Positions 9,656 through 19,031 are shown, numbered from the stretch's first letter. The stretch is DNA of 64,000 bases from an uncultured Elusimicrobia bacterium (GCA_963702895.1 OY969767.1:896001-960000); one strand, 5' to 3'. The notes: a model not told the origin generated them from the sequence alone. A program made the numbers and translations.

Positions 9656-10939
9656 TTAGAACTTTATTTTGACGTCTCCGCCAATTCGAAGGATCGGACT
9701 GCTGCCCGTTCCGGGCGCGTTTCGAAGCGCGTCACCCAGTTGGAACGAAGCCGCGTTGGCTTCGAGCGTCACGTTGTCGGAATGCTTCCACGAAACGACG
9801 AGGTCGTATTCCGTCCCGAGGTTGCTCAGCCCTGGATTGACTCCAGAGAGCTTGTCCGCTTTTTGGAAGTAATACCAGCTCGCATCGATGCCGAGCTTCT
9901 TCATCAGCGTGACGCCAGCGCTGAGGTCCATGACTTCCAAGTTGCTCAGGCCCGTGGATGAGGCGCCGCCATGGAGTGTCGACGGCCCAACGTTGCTGTG
10001 CTGTCCCCAGATGAGGCCGAAGCGCTTTTCCGCCGCGATGGGTTCGAAGGTCGCAGACCCTTTGCCCCACTCCGCCGATGCCCGGATCGGCATATCGTTC
10101 TTGCTTTGGCCAAATGCCAGAGCGAGAAAGTATGCGTCCCCATCGTAGCCGGCGCCGTCTCCAGCGATGCTGTTATCGCGCCCGCCGTTGAGCATGAGTT
10201 CTGCGCGATAGCTTAAGCCCGCCACTTTCGGGATATCGCCGTGGACCACGAGGTCCAGGACGTTGAGGAGGTCGTTGCCTTCAGCGCCATCGTTTTTAGT
10301 GTGTCCGATATAGTAACCAGCCGCGGCTTGCAGGACCTTAAAGTAGTCAGTCTCAACCTGCCCGCCGTAGATGTCTGTGTCGGTGTTCGCCGTCGCGCCA
10401 GTTGCGCTGGTGTCGGCGATCTTGCCGGCGATGAGCTGGAGCTTCCCAAAGTCCTTGAGGCCCATGTCGGCGCGGAAGAGATCCACAGCCGTCACGCTCA
10501 GGACTTCGTCGTTCGTCGGGCCGAAGTAGATGACGAGGTCATTCGGATTGCCATAGAACTGGCGTCCCATGGTCAGGTCCATATGGCCGAACACCTTGTC
10601 GATCTTTGCGTAGGCATTGTCTACGACGAGGTTCGACTGAACCGTGTTCAGGTCTTCCCCTGCGTTTCCATACTGTCGATTGTTCTTCCGCAAGAGGATC
10701 CGGGCATGAACATCATCGAGCAGGTCGAAAGATCCCCCCAGCATCAGCCGGGTATTGACCTCACTGCGGTAGTCATCCGTGGCTGAATCGCGGTCGGTCT
10801 CGTTGTCGATGCCGAAGACTCTGGTTTCGATACTTCCATCGGCTTTGAAGTTTTTAACAAGCTCCGCACGGGCTGGAAGAGAGATAGAGTAGACCAGCGC
10901 CAGCGCGAGGCTCAGGCTAGCAAGCTTTTTAACGAACAT
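9656..10939 (-). CDS. Outer-membrane beta-barrel (alginate-export-like), probable paralog of 8202-9572
   Basis: Signal peptide, MGRQFYG, LGTEYD, terminal KIKF. Confidence 0.7.
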   Translation of the reverse strand: MFVKKLASLSLALALVYSISLPARAELVKNFKADGSIETRVFGIDNETDRDSATDDYRSEVNTRLMLGGSFDLLDDVHARILLRKNNRQYGNAGEDLNTVQSNLVVDNAYAKIDKVFGHMDLTMGRQFYGNPNDLVIYFGPTNDEVLSVTAVDLFRADMGLKDFGKLQLIAGKIADTSATGATANTDTDIYGGQVETDYFKVLQAAAGYYIGHTKNDGAEGNDLLNVLDLVVHGDIPKVAGLSYRAELMLNGGRDNSIAGDGAGYDGDAYFLALAFGQSKNDMPIRASAEWGKGSATFEPIAAEKRFGLIWGQHSNVGPSTLHGGASSTGLSNLEVMDLSAGVTLMKKLGIDASWYYFQKADKLSGVNPGLSNLGTEYDLVVSWKHSDNVTLEANAASFQLGDALRNAPGTGSSPILRIGGDVKIKF

Positions 10940-11048
10940 GGAATTTCCCCCTTTATATCGTCTTTGATGTTTTGCTTCACCGCTACCTTAGCGGCAGCGA
11001 AATACTAGACAACTTTTCTCTGAGTGTCAAGAGACGGCCTGAATATTC

Positions 11049-11675
11049 CTACTTATTCTTAGAGAGGTTTTGTGATTTGGACTTCGCGAGGGCTGACCAG
11101 GGACTTTGGGGAAACAGAAGAACGATGCGCTCGTAGACAGCGGACGCCGCTGCGGAATCGCCCTGGATTTCGGCGAGCCTGGCCTGGGCGAGATAGAGGG
11201 TGGCGGCAAGGAAATGGTCCGGGTACTTCTCCAGAAAGGTTTGTGCCAGAGCTTGGGCCTGGGGATAGCGCCCCGCCATTTCTTCACTGGCCACCTGAGC
11301 GGACAAGGCGAGGGGCCTCAGGATCTCTGGGTTGCCACTTTGCGCGAGCTCGCCGTAGACTTGAGCAGCCTGCGCATAATCAGAAGTGCGATAGGCCAGG
11401 TCTGCCTTTAAAAACATCGCATACGAGTTGGCGCTGCTTCCTTTAAAGCGTGTCTCCCAGGCGTCTAAACTTTTACGGGCTTCCGCCAGATTGTTTTGGG
11501 AGAGCTGATTTTGGGCAGCGCCAAGCTCCGACCAAGCGGCGTCCCGTTCTTTTTGTTGGCGCTGCACCAGAAGAAAGACCAACAAAACCAGCAGTAGGGA
11601 TGTCCCTGTGATCGCCCAAAACCGTTCTTGGTTTTCACGGATCCAGCGAACAATTCTTTCAATTTGTAATTCCAT
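11049..11675 (-). CDS. YfgM-like membrane-anchored TPR protein
   Basis: W..EN motif, single TM helix, then TPR helices; start at ATG 11675 inferred. Confidence 0.7.
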   Translation of the reverse strand: MELQIERIVRWIRENQERFWAITGTSLLLVLLVFLLVQRQQKERDAAWSELGAAQNQLSQNNLAEARKSLDAWETRFKGSSANSYAMFLKADLAYRTSDYAQAAQVYGELAQSGNPEILRPLALSAQVASEEMAGRYPQAQALAQTFLEKYPDHFLAATLYLAQARLAEIQGDSAAASAVYERIVLLFPQSPWSALAKSKSQNLSKNK

Positions 11676-11725
11676 CTGAAGTTTTCTTTCTGCTCTCTGC
11701 TCTCTGCTTTCTGATTCGATTAACT

Positions 11726-11812
11726 TGCCCCCAGCCGGAATCGGTCGCCAGACTACAGGCGACCGCCCGCCGGATGTCTGGCGGGCGAACCTGGTTCGAT
11801 GTCCGGCTGGGC
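11726..11812 (-). repeat. Duplicated 3' end of tRNA-Arg with a 44-bp double hairpin in the T-loop, followed by an inverted T-arm copy
   Basis: tgcccccagccggaatcg[11744-11787]aacc matches the tRNA 3' end; ctggttcgatgtccggctggg is the opposite-strand copy. Confidence 0.8.
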
Positions 11813-11832
11813 TGGTTTCAGCCAATTTCAAT

Positions 11833-11904
11833 TGCCCCCAGCCGGAATCGAACCAGCATCTGCTCCTTAGGACGGAGTAGCACTATCCATTGTGCTATGG
11901 GGGC
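11833..11904 (-). tRNA. tRNA-Arg(CCT), CCA not encoded
   Basis: Cloverleaf GCCCCCA..TGGGGGC, T-loop GGTTCGATTCC, anticodon loop GTCCTAA (atypical G32). Confidence 0.85.
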
Positions 11905-11920
11905 GATAGCGCCTTTCGGT

Positions 11921-12445
11921 TTAATATCTCAGGAGCGAGGTGACCTCGTAGCCCCGAAGTTTTTCCCTGCCATGGAGGAATTCCAATTCGATGGCAAACG
12001 AAAGCCCTGCGACTTTCGCTTGAAGTTGCTCCACCAGCAGGCAGGTGGCCCTGGCGGTGCCGCCGGTGGCCAGCACATCATCGATGATCAACACGCGCGA
12101 GGAGCTGGTCAAGGCATCCGCGTGCACTTCCAGGGTGTCGGTGCCGTATTCCAGTTCATACGTATGCGAAAGCGTCTTGTAGGGAAGTTTCCCTTTCTTG
12201 CGGATGGGAATGTAGCCGGCCCCCAGAAGATACGCCACCGGCGCGCCAAAAATAAATCCGCGCGACTCGATGGAAGCCACATGCGTGATGCCTTTGCGCT
12301 GGAAGGGACCTGCCAAACGCTCCAGGGCCGACTTGAAGAGCTCAGCATTTTGTAATAAGGGTGTAATGTCTTTAAAGACGATGCCCGGCTTGGGAAAATC
12401 AGGGACGTCTCGAATCGAAGCGCGAATTTTTTCAATCACCGGCAT
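11921..12445 (-). CDS. apt: Adenine phosphoribosyltransferase
   Basis: DFPKPGIVFKDITPLL, YELEYG, IIDDVLATGGT. Confidence 0.95.
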   Translation of the reverse strand: MPVIEKIRASIRDVPDFPKPGIVFKDITPLLQNAELFKSALERLAGPFQRKGITHVASIESRGFIFGAPVAYLLGAGYIPIRKKGKLPYKTLSHTYELEYGTDTLEVHADALTSSSRVLIIDDVLATGGTARATCLLVEQLQAKVAGLSFAIELEFLHGREKLRGYEVTSLLRY

Positions 12446-12446
12446 C

Positions 12447-13274
12447 TTAAACAATCCCCATGCGCTGAGCGAGACGTCGCAGCCTTTCGAGCCCCCGCTT
12501 TTCCAGCTGGCGGATCCGTTCGCGCGAAACACGGAGTTTCTTGCCGACTTCTTCCAGCGTTTGGTTTTCGCCGTTTAAGCCAAAGCGCATTTCCAGAATT
12601 TGACGTTCCCGAAGCGGCAACTGTGACAAGGCGACGTCCAGTTCGTCGTGGAGCTTAAAAAGGGAGATCAAGCGGTCGGGCGCATAGAGCTCATCATCCG
12701 AAATGACATCTTTGATCGTGAGATTTTCATCATCATCAAGCGGAGCTTCCAGGCTCCCAATGCCCCGGGCCGCTTCGGCGGCATCGAGAATCCCCTTCAC
12801 CTGGCGTGCCGATAAATGGAGCTTTTGCGCCATCTCCTGAAGCGTGGGATCGCGGCCCAGCTGGCCATGCAATTGGTCCCATTGCCTGAGCCAGCGCCGC
12901 AGGGCTTCCCAGGCATGGGGCGGAATGCGGATGGTTTTGGATTGCTCATCAATGGCCCGGCGAATCGATTGCTCGATCCAATAAGCGCCGTAGGTTGAGA
13001 AACGGAAACCCTTCGTGGGGTCAAATTTATCAATAGCATGCATGAGGCCCAAATTGCCTTCCTCAATAATGTCTAAAAAATCCAAGCCCGGCCGGTAGTA
13101 TTTCTTGGCGATGGGGATCACCAAGCGAAGGTTGCGTTCGACGAGTTCCTTCTTGGCGGCCTTGTCCCCCTTGTGGGCGCGCCGCCAGAGCGTATTAAAC
13201 GACTCACGCGATAATTCGGGAAAATCCTTAATCGCTCGGAAATAAAGCGAGACAGCATCTAAACTTTCGACCAT
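12447..13274 (-). CDS. Sigma-70 family factor, RpoD/RpoS-like, lacking region 1.1
   Basis: NLRLV, DIIEEGNLGLMHAIDKFD, FSTYG.YWI, TLEEVG..VSRERIRQLE. Confidence 0.9.
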   Translation of the reverse strand: MVESLDAVSLYFRAIKDFPELSRESFNTLWRRAHKGDKAAKKELVERNLRLVIPIAKKYYRPGLDFLDIIEEGNLGLMHAIDKFDPTKGFRFSTYGAYWIEQSIRRAIDEQSKTIRIPPHAWEALRRWLRQWDQLHGQLGRDPTLQEMAQKLHLSARQVKGILDAAEAARGIGSLEAPLDDDENLTIKDVISDDELYAPDRLISLFKLHDELDVALSQLPLRERQILEMRFGLNGENQTLEEVGKKLRVSRERIRQLEKRGLERLRRLAQRMGIV

Positions 13275-13324
13275 GAACGCGTCCTTTATCTCTCAAGTCT
13301 TGACATCATTCGTCACGGGCTGGA

Positions 13325-13567
13325 TCGGGGCGGCCGGGATTTGCCCGCCACACTTCTGGCGGGCATCCGCCTGTTTTGTGGCGGATGAACCCGGGACCTC
13401 TTGGTCCCACCTTCGCAGCTCTGCGCAGAGTCGGGGCGCCGGGATTTGAACCCGGGACCTCTTGGTCCCGAACCAAGCGCGCTACCAGCTGCGCTACGCC
13501 CCGACTCTGCGCAAGCTTTGGTTGGCTATCCCGAACCAAGCGCGCTACCAACTGCGCTACGCCCCGA
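13325..13567 (-). pseudogene. Interrupted outer copy of tRNA-Pro(CGG): 3' half 13325-13408 and 5' half 13529-13566, flanking the intact copy
   Basis: The two halves rejoin into a full tRNA-Pro(CGG), with TCCC duplicated at the break; the T-loop carries a 44-bp insert. Confidence 0.78.
13431..13503 (-). tRNA. tRNA-Pro(CGG)
   Basis: CGGGGCG acceptor stem, anticodon arm CTTGG-TTCGGGA-CCAAG, T-loop GGTTCAAATCC. Confidence 0.95.
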
Positions 13568-13642
13568 TCAAGCCAGCGCCGGGATTTGTCCCGCCTTCCC
13601 CTGGCCAGACGGCCTCCCAAAATCAGGACGGCGAGAATTCTA

Positions 13643-14758
13643 TCATATTGATCGAATCAGTCGGGAGATCTGCCTGGCCACTTCCATCGCGGCGTAGGGG
13701 CGCGCTATGTTTCGAGCATTTTCAGCCATTTTCTTAAGACGTGTCGGATGGTGCAAGAGAGTTTCCGCCACGCGAGCGATCTCCATCGAGTCACTGGCTT
13801 GTTCAGCGACGCCGGCTTTGATGAGAAATCGGGCATTACGCTCTTCTTGTCCGGGGATGGGGTTCACGATGAGAATGGGAAGCCCTTTGGCAAGCGCCTC
13901 CGAAGAGGTGAGGCCCCCGGGCTTGGTCACGAGAAGATCGGCCGCGTCCATCAGCTCGCTGATATGCCGTGTGTAGCCAAACAGACGAATGGACCGGTCC
14001 CGTCCATAACGTTTTTGAAGCGCGCGGTACGTCTCACGGTTGAGACCGGTCGACACAATACATTGCACAGAGGCCGCATGCAAGCGGTCGACCATTTCCT
14101 GGATGGGTCCCAGCCCCTGGCTTCCTCCCATCACCAAGAGCGTAGGGCTTTTCGGGTCCAGCCCGAGCTTCTCGCGGGCCTGCACGCTGGGGGTATGACG
14201 CAAAAAATCAGGACTGATCGGAATGCCCGTCACCGCGATTTGGGTGGCGGGCAGGCCCTGCTGAATGAGGTATCTCCGTTCCTCTTCCGTGGCGACGCAG
14301 TAGAGGTCCACTTCGGGGTGGACCCAATAAGCGTGAAGAGCGAAGTCCGTCATGACGGCAATCAGCGGAATCGCCAAGTGCCCCCGCCTCTTTTCTGCCG
14401 CAAACAGAGAGCAGGGCACCGCTTGCGTGCAAACCAAAGCCTGCGGGTTATGCTTTTTGAGGAGTGAGCGCATCTTGGGAACAGAAATCAAATTCAAGAG
14501 ATCGCGAACCTCTCGGGTCGCTTCTTCGACATCGGGATTGTCGTAAACCAAGTCCCACAGGATGGGGGTGTAACGAAGAATTTCCAGGTAGGTTCGGGAA
14601 ACGATTTTGCCGATGGTGGGGTAGGCATAGGAAAAGGCGTCGATGCCCACGGTTTCCCATGTCGGATTGAGCGTCGCGAGCGCCTCCCGGGCAGCGTCTG
14701 CGGCGCGCTGGTGGCCAGAAGAGCTGGAGATATAAAGGAACAAAACCCGTGTGGTCAT
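13643..14758 (-). CDS. MGDG synthase/UgtP-like glycosyltransferase (GT28)
   Basis: SGHQRAA, VMTDF..H..W, MGGSQG, TKPGGLTSSEA, PIPGQEERNA. Confidence 0.85.
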   Translation of the reverse strand: MTTRVLFLYISSSSGHQRAADAAREALATLNPTWETVGIDAFSYAYPTIGKIVSRTYLEILRYTPILWDLVYDNPDVEEATREVRDLLNLISVPKMRSLLKKHNPQALVCTQAVPCSLFAAEKRRGHLAIPLIAVMTDFALHAYWVHPEVDLYCVATEEERRYLIQQGLPATQIAVTGIPISPDFLRHTPSVQAREKLGLDPKSPTLLVMGGSQGLGPIQEMVDRLHAASVQCIVSTGLNRETYRALQKRYGRDRSIRLFGYTRHISELMDAADLLVTKPGGLTSSEALAKGLPILIVNPIPGQEERNARFLIKAGVAEQASDSMEIARVAETLLHHPTRLKKMAENARNIARPYAAMEVARQISRLIRSI

Positions 14759-14812
14759 GAGTTTACGCGACAGCGGGACATGGGTACGACGTTCCACATG
14801 GATACTGGGTCA

Positions 14813-14908
14813 TCGGGCCGGCGGGATTTGCCCGCCACACTTCTGGCGGGCATCCGCCTGTTGTCTGGCGGATGAACCCGTATGGTTCTTGGAATCGGGC
14901 CGGCGGGA
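14813..14908 (-). repeat. Two duplicated 3' ends of tRNA-Pro(GGG); the first has a 44-bp double hairpin in the T-loop
   Basis: tcgggccggcgggatttg[14831-14874]aacccg and aatcgggccggcggga (14893-14908) match the tRNA 3' end. Confidence 0.8.
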
Positions 14909-14942
14909 CGTGGACGTGAGATCCTGGAGATATGATGCACAA

Positions 14943-15014
14943 TCGGGCCGGCGGGATTTGAACCCGCGACCTCTCCCACCCCAAAGGAGCGCGCTACCCC
15001 TGCGCCACGGCCCG
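14943..15014 (-). tRNA. tRNA-Pro(GGG)
   Basis: CGGGCCG acceptor stem, anticodon loop TTGGGGT, T-loop GGTTCAAATCC; follows the IHF-merR pair as in many bacteria. Confidence 0.93.
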
Positions 15015-15062
15015 ATTGTGCAACTATAAAAATGTTCTCGCGTTTGCGTTTTGGACCCTTAT

Positions 15063-15488
15063 TCAGGATTTGAGTAGTTTAAGTGCCTCTTCGAGGTCCT
15101 TGCGAACCAATCGGAGGGAGTCGAGCGTTTGAGAGGACGATGGCCCATCGTTTAATTCAAAACGAAGCTGGGTTGTCCCGCGACGGGACGCTTGCTTTAA
15201 ATATTGCTTGGCTCCCGCGATGGTGAAACGCTTGTCGTATAAAAGCTCTTTGATTTTGCCAATCACATCGACGTCTCGTTGTGTAAATTTCCTTTGGCCC
15301 GATTCCCTCCGCGCGGGCCGGAGCACTCCGAACTGGGATTCCCAGTACCGGATGACATAGGGCTTGACCCCCGTGATCTGGCTCACCTCCCGGATCGAAA
15401 AATAGGTTTGTGGCGGCAGATAGGCATCCCCCGCGAGGGGAAGCTCCTGTCTGCTCAAGGGCAGGGTGGTAGGGGTGAGATCACTCAT
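15063..15488 (-). CDS. MerR-family transcriptional regulator
   Basis: YFSIREVSQITGVKPYVIRYWESQF, RRESGQRKF. Confidence 0.9.
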   Translation of the reverse strand: MSDLTPTTLPLSRQELPLAGDAYLPPQTYFSIREVSQITGVKPYVIRYWESQFGVLRPARRESGQRKFTQRDVDVIGKIKELLYDKRFTIAGAKQYLKQASRRGTTQLRFELNDGPSSSQTLDSLRLVRKDLEEALKLLKS

Positions 15489-15777
15489 GGCTTTGATTGT
15501 AACTCGCCGCAAGCGCCTTCGGGAAGAGGTCTTTCGACATCTTGAACCGTACGGCCCTTCGCGGAGGGATCGGCACCGTTTGCCCGGTTTTGGGATTTCT
15601 GCCAATTTTTGCTTTTCGCATTTTCACATGAAAACTGCCAATCCCCGCCAAGACCACTTTCTCACCGGAGCGCAGGGCATGCTGGATGGCCTCGAGCGAA
15701 GCATCCACGGCGGCTAAGGCCTCTTTTCTCGTGCTCACCACTCTGCCGACGACCCTGACCAGCGATGCCTTGTTCAT
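15481..15777 (-). CDS. HU/IHF family DNA-binding protein
   Basis: MNKASL, GIGSF.V, GRNPKTG, F.MSK. Confidence 0.92.
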   Translation of the reverse strand: MNKASLVRVVGRVVSTRKEALAAVDASLEAIQHALRSGEKVVLAGIGSFHVKMRKAKIGRNPKTGQTVPIPPRRAVRFKMSKDLFPKALAASYNQSHE

Positions 15778-16805
15778 AAGTCCCCCTTTTTTAACCCCTG
15801 CCACTCCGATCGTGTTTGGCGATGCATGAGATCAGAGAGAGATCGTTGAGGGTCCTTCCCTTGATAGAGGACCTCATAGATTTCATGTGTCAAAGGACAA
15901 TCTAATTTTAACTTTTGAGCGAGCTTCCACGCAGACGGCGCTGTCTTCATGCCTTCGGCGACCATGGTCATCTCGGAGAGGGCCTCCTGAACGGACTTGC
16001 CCCGCCCTATCTTTTCCCCTAACTGTCGGTTGCGCGAGTGTCGTGACATGCAGGTGACATACAGGTCTCCCATGCCCGCAAGGCCAAAGAACGTCAGGAG
16101 TTTGCCGTGCATTTTGACACCGATGCGCGTCATTTCGTTGAGCCCTCGGGTGAGGATCGCGGCGTGGCTGTTGTCCCCCAGTCCAAGACCATCGGCGATG
16201 CCGCAGACGATGGCGAAGATATTTTTGAGGGCCCCTCCGAGTTCAGCGCCCACGACATCCCGATGCGGATAGACACGCAAGAACTTTTCTTCGAAGAGCC
16301 TTTTCACGCGCCGGACCGCGGAGAGATTCTCTCCCGCGGCGACCACCGCGGTCGGCATCTTCTGGCAGACCTCTTCGGCATGACTGGGACCCGTGAGGAC
16401 GACGATGCTTTTCGCGGAAATGCCCAGTTCGTTCGAGATGACTTCGCTCATGCGCTCGAGCGTCCCTTCTTCCAACCCTTTCGTCACGCTGACGACCCAG
16501 GCCCCTCGAGAGAAAGACTTCGATTGTTGAACGGCGTGCATGGTGGACCGGACGGTGTGCGACGGTGTCGCGGAGACCACCACAGGGCGGCCCTGCAGGG
16601 CGCGAGCAAGGTCGTGGGTGACGAGCACCGCCGCTGGAAGCTCCAGCTGCGGCAGGACTTGCAGGCGCCGGGTTCGCGCGAGCGAATCCGCTGCTCCAGG
16701 ATCAAACTCCCAGAGCGTCACGTCATGGCCCTTGTGCGCCAAGTGCGCGGCGAGCGTTGCCCCCCATGAACCGGCCCCTAAAACAGCGACCCGTTCTTGG
16801 CTCAT
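15774..16805 (-). CDS. gpsA: NAD(P)H-dependent glycerol-3-phosphate dehydrogenase
   Basis: GAGSWG, GPSHAEEV, GALKNI, GMGDL..TC.S.HSRN. Confidence 0.95.
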   Translation of the reverse strand: MSQERVAVLGAGSWGATLAAHLAHKGHDVTLWEFDPGAADSLARTRRLQVLPQLELPAAVLVTHDLARALQGRPVVVSATPSHTVRSTMHAVQQSKSFSRGAWVVSVTKGLEEGTLERMSEVISNELGISAKSIVVLTGPSHAEEVCQKMPTAVVAAGENLSAVRRVKRLFEEKFLRVYPHRDVVGAELGGALKNIFAIVCGIADGLGLGDNSHAAILTRGLNEMTRIGVKMHGKLLTFFGLAGMGDLYVTCMSRHSRNRQLGEKIGRGKSVQEALSEMTMVAEGMKTAPSAWKLAQKLKLDCPLTHEIYEVLYQGKDPQRSLSDLMHRQTRSEWQGLKKGDL

Positions 16806-17407
16806 CGAGCCCTTCCCCAGTCAATGCGGTTTTCGGTACCCTCAAGGAGCCGTTTGATATTGGCACGATGCGTCCAGATGACAAAAAAGAAAATCCCAAC
16901 CGTTGCCCAGGACAAGGGTCGCGGCGACGAAAGAGCAAAGGCACTCAGGACCAGGACGAGCGCTGCGCACAGGGAACCTAGAGATACGTAGCGGGTGATC
17001 CCGAAGATGATCCCGAAAGAGGAAACCGCCAAGAGCGATGGGACCGGAAGAAGCGCAAGAAAAACTCCCGCTGAAGTGGCCACGCCCTTGCCTCCCCGAA
17101 ACCGGACAAACACCGACATGGTATGCCCCACAATGGCGGCGAGGCCTGCACCGAGGGACGTGATCACCTGAGCGGGGAACAGAACTTTCGCGAGCCCAAC
17201 GGCGGCAAGACCTTTCAGAATATCAATCGCCAAGGTGATGCCGCCCGGCCAGGGTCCCAAGACCCGGAAGACATTGGTGGCACCCAGGTTCCCCGATCCA
17301 TGCTGACGCACATCGATCCCCTTCCAAGCCTTGGCGAGCCAATAGCCCGTCGGGATCGAACCCAAGAGATAGCATCCCACGAAAAGGCCCGCCAGAGAGA
17401 AGCTCAT
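16802..17407 (-). CDS. plsY: Glycerol-3-phosphate acyltransferase
   Basis: YLLGSIP, GSGNLGATN, GH..S.F..FRGGKGVAT, HRANIKRL. Confidence 0.95.
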   Translation of the reverse strand: MSFSLAGLFVGCYLLGSIPTGYWLAKAWKGIDVRQHGSGNLGATNVFRVLGPWPGGITLAIDILKGLAAVGLAKVLFPAQVITSLGAGLAAIVGHTMSVFVRFRGGKGVATSAGVFLALLPVPSLLAVSSFGIIFGITRYVSLGSLCAALVLVLSAFALSSPRPLSWATVGIFFFVIWTHRANIKRLLEGTENRIDWGRAR

Positions 17408-17925
17408 TCCAAAGCACCAAGCCGCTTGTTGCCAATCCATACGTAATCCACAGCGGATAAGAAGGTGGCGGCGATCATGGCGGGCAAGAGGACACTATAG
17501 GCCGGCTCAAGCACGGGAAAGAGTTTCGCGATGGCAACCGCCATTTGCAAGACAGTCGTGATTTTGCCGATCGGCCTGGGCTCAATTTTGGCGTTGCCGG
17601 TCAGGATGTAAACCAGGGTCCAACCCAGAAGAATAATGAGATCGCGGGAGACGACTGCGACCAAGACCCACAGGGGGATCCAGTTCAGGTGGCTGAACAC
17701 GAGATAGCTGGTCACCAGAAGCAGTTTGTCCGCCAGAGGATCCAGGAATGCCCCGAGGGGCGTGCGTTCTTTTCGAAGCCGGGCGAGCGTCCCATCGAGC
17801 GCGTCGCTGAAGACAGATAAGGTGAAAATCCACTGGCCCAAGAGGAGGTGCTGCTCTAAGAGCGCAATCACAAAAAACGGGATCGCAATGATGCGCAGGA
17901 CGGTGATTTTACTGGCGAGTGTCAC
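17404..17925 (-). CDS. pgsA: CDP-alcohol phosphatidyltransferase (PgsA-like)
   Basis: DALDG..AR..T.LGAFLDPLADK motif. Confidence 0.8.
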   Translation of the reverse strand: MTLASKITVLRIIAIPFFVIALLEQHLLLGQWIFTLSVFSDALDGTLARLRKERTPLGAFLDPLADKLLLVTSYLVFSHLNWIPLWVLVAVVSRDLIILLGWTLVYILTGNAKIEPRPIGKITTVLQMAVAIAKLFPVLEPAYSVLLPAMIAATFLSAVDYVWIGNKRLGALE

Positions 17926-19031
17926 GGGGAATCCTCTCCAAAGACTGTTTGTTCAACGCGTTTGAGTAATTCGTCAAGGCCTCGTCTTTGGGATGCTGAG
18001 ACCAAAACGCCTCCCTCCGAAGCCCATGACGCCATTTGGGATGCAGAAAGGCGATCCATCTTATTATATGCCGTCAAAACGGGCAATTGATCCATGTGCA
18101 AGTCCTGAACGATCCGCAGAACGGTATGCGCTTGTTCTTCCCAGTCAGCGGCGGAGACATCGATCACATGCACCAAAAGGTCGGCCGAAGCTGTCTCCTC
18201 CAACGTCGCGCGGAAGGCGGCAATAAGTTCGGTGGGAAGCTTCCGGATAAAGCCGACGGTGTCCGTAAAAAGGACCATCCGCCCCGAGGGGAGCCGGATG
18301 CGTCGCGTGGTCGGGTCCAGCGTCGCAAAAAGCTTGTCGTCCGCATAAACATGAGGTTCTTTCGCTTTGGAAGAGCCGCTGTGTACGGCCACGAGGGCAT
18401 TCAAGAGCGTGGACTTGCCGGCGTTGGTATAACCCATGAGCGCGACTTGTGGGACCGGAACGCTTCGGCGGACCGAACGCTGCTGGTCGCGCTGGCGGCG
18501 GACGCTCTCCAGGTCCTTCTTTAAAGAAGCCATCCGGTCACGCAGTCGCCGGCGATCGACTTCCAGCTTGCGTTCGCCGGGGCCGCGCGTGCCGATGCCG
18601 CCGGTTTGCTGCTCAAAGCGCCCGAAGCGCTGCGTCAAACGCGGCAAGAGATACGTGAGCTGTGCCAGTTCCACCTGCAATTTCCCTTCACGGGTGTGCG
18701 CTCGTTTGGCGAAGATGTCCAGGATCAGCCGCGTGCGGTCCACCACTTTGGTTTGCGTAAGGTCTTCCAAGGCCCGCTGCTGGTTGGGCTTGAGTTCCTC
18801 ATCGAAAATGATGGTGCGAACATGTTGCCGTAGGGCCACGTGCGCGAGTTCCTGCGCCTTCCCTTTACCGATATAAAAAGCGGGGTCGGGGCGCTCGCGT
18901 CTCTGCCTGAGCGTGTGGACCACCATGCCCCCCGCCGTCTCGACGAGTCGAGCGAGTTCCTCCAGGGAAGCCAGGGCCTGGGCAGGCCTGTCCCGTGGAA
19001 GCTGCACGCCAACGGTTATAACGCGTTCCAT
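17922..19031 (-). CDS. hflX: GTPase HflX
   Basis: ILDIFAKRA, GTRGPGE, GYTNAGKSTL, LFATLDPT, DTVGFI. Confidence 0.95.
   Translation of the reverse strand: MERVITVGVQLPRDRPAQALASLEELARLVETAGGMVVHTLRQRRERPDPAFYIGKGKAQELAHVALRQHVRTIIFDEELKPNQQRALEDLTQTKVVDRTRLILDIFAKRAHTREGKLQVELAQLTYLLPRLTQRFGRFEQQTGGIGTRGPGERKLEVDRRRLRDRMASLKKDLESVRRQRDQQRSVRRSVPVPQVALMGYTNAGKSTLLNALVAVHSGSSKAKEPHVYADDKLFATLDPTTRRIRLPSGRMVLFTDTVGFIRKLPTELIAAFRATLEETASADLLVHVIDVSAADWEEQAHTVLRIVQDLHMDQLPVLTAYNKMDRLSASQMASWASEGGVLVSASQRRGLDELLKRVEQTVFGEDSP

Noticed and set aside
11850..11880. Reading the tRNA at 11833-11904 as a CTA (amber suppressor) tRNA
   Set aside because: Only the register with U33 and anticodon CCT gives a paired anticodon stem.
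13306..13737. ORFs 13306-13620, 13376-13651, 13401-13697, 13462-13737, and similar ones at 14751-15029
   Set aside because: Shadow translations of tRNA genes and their duplicates.
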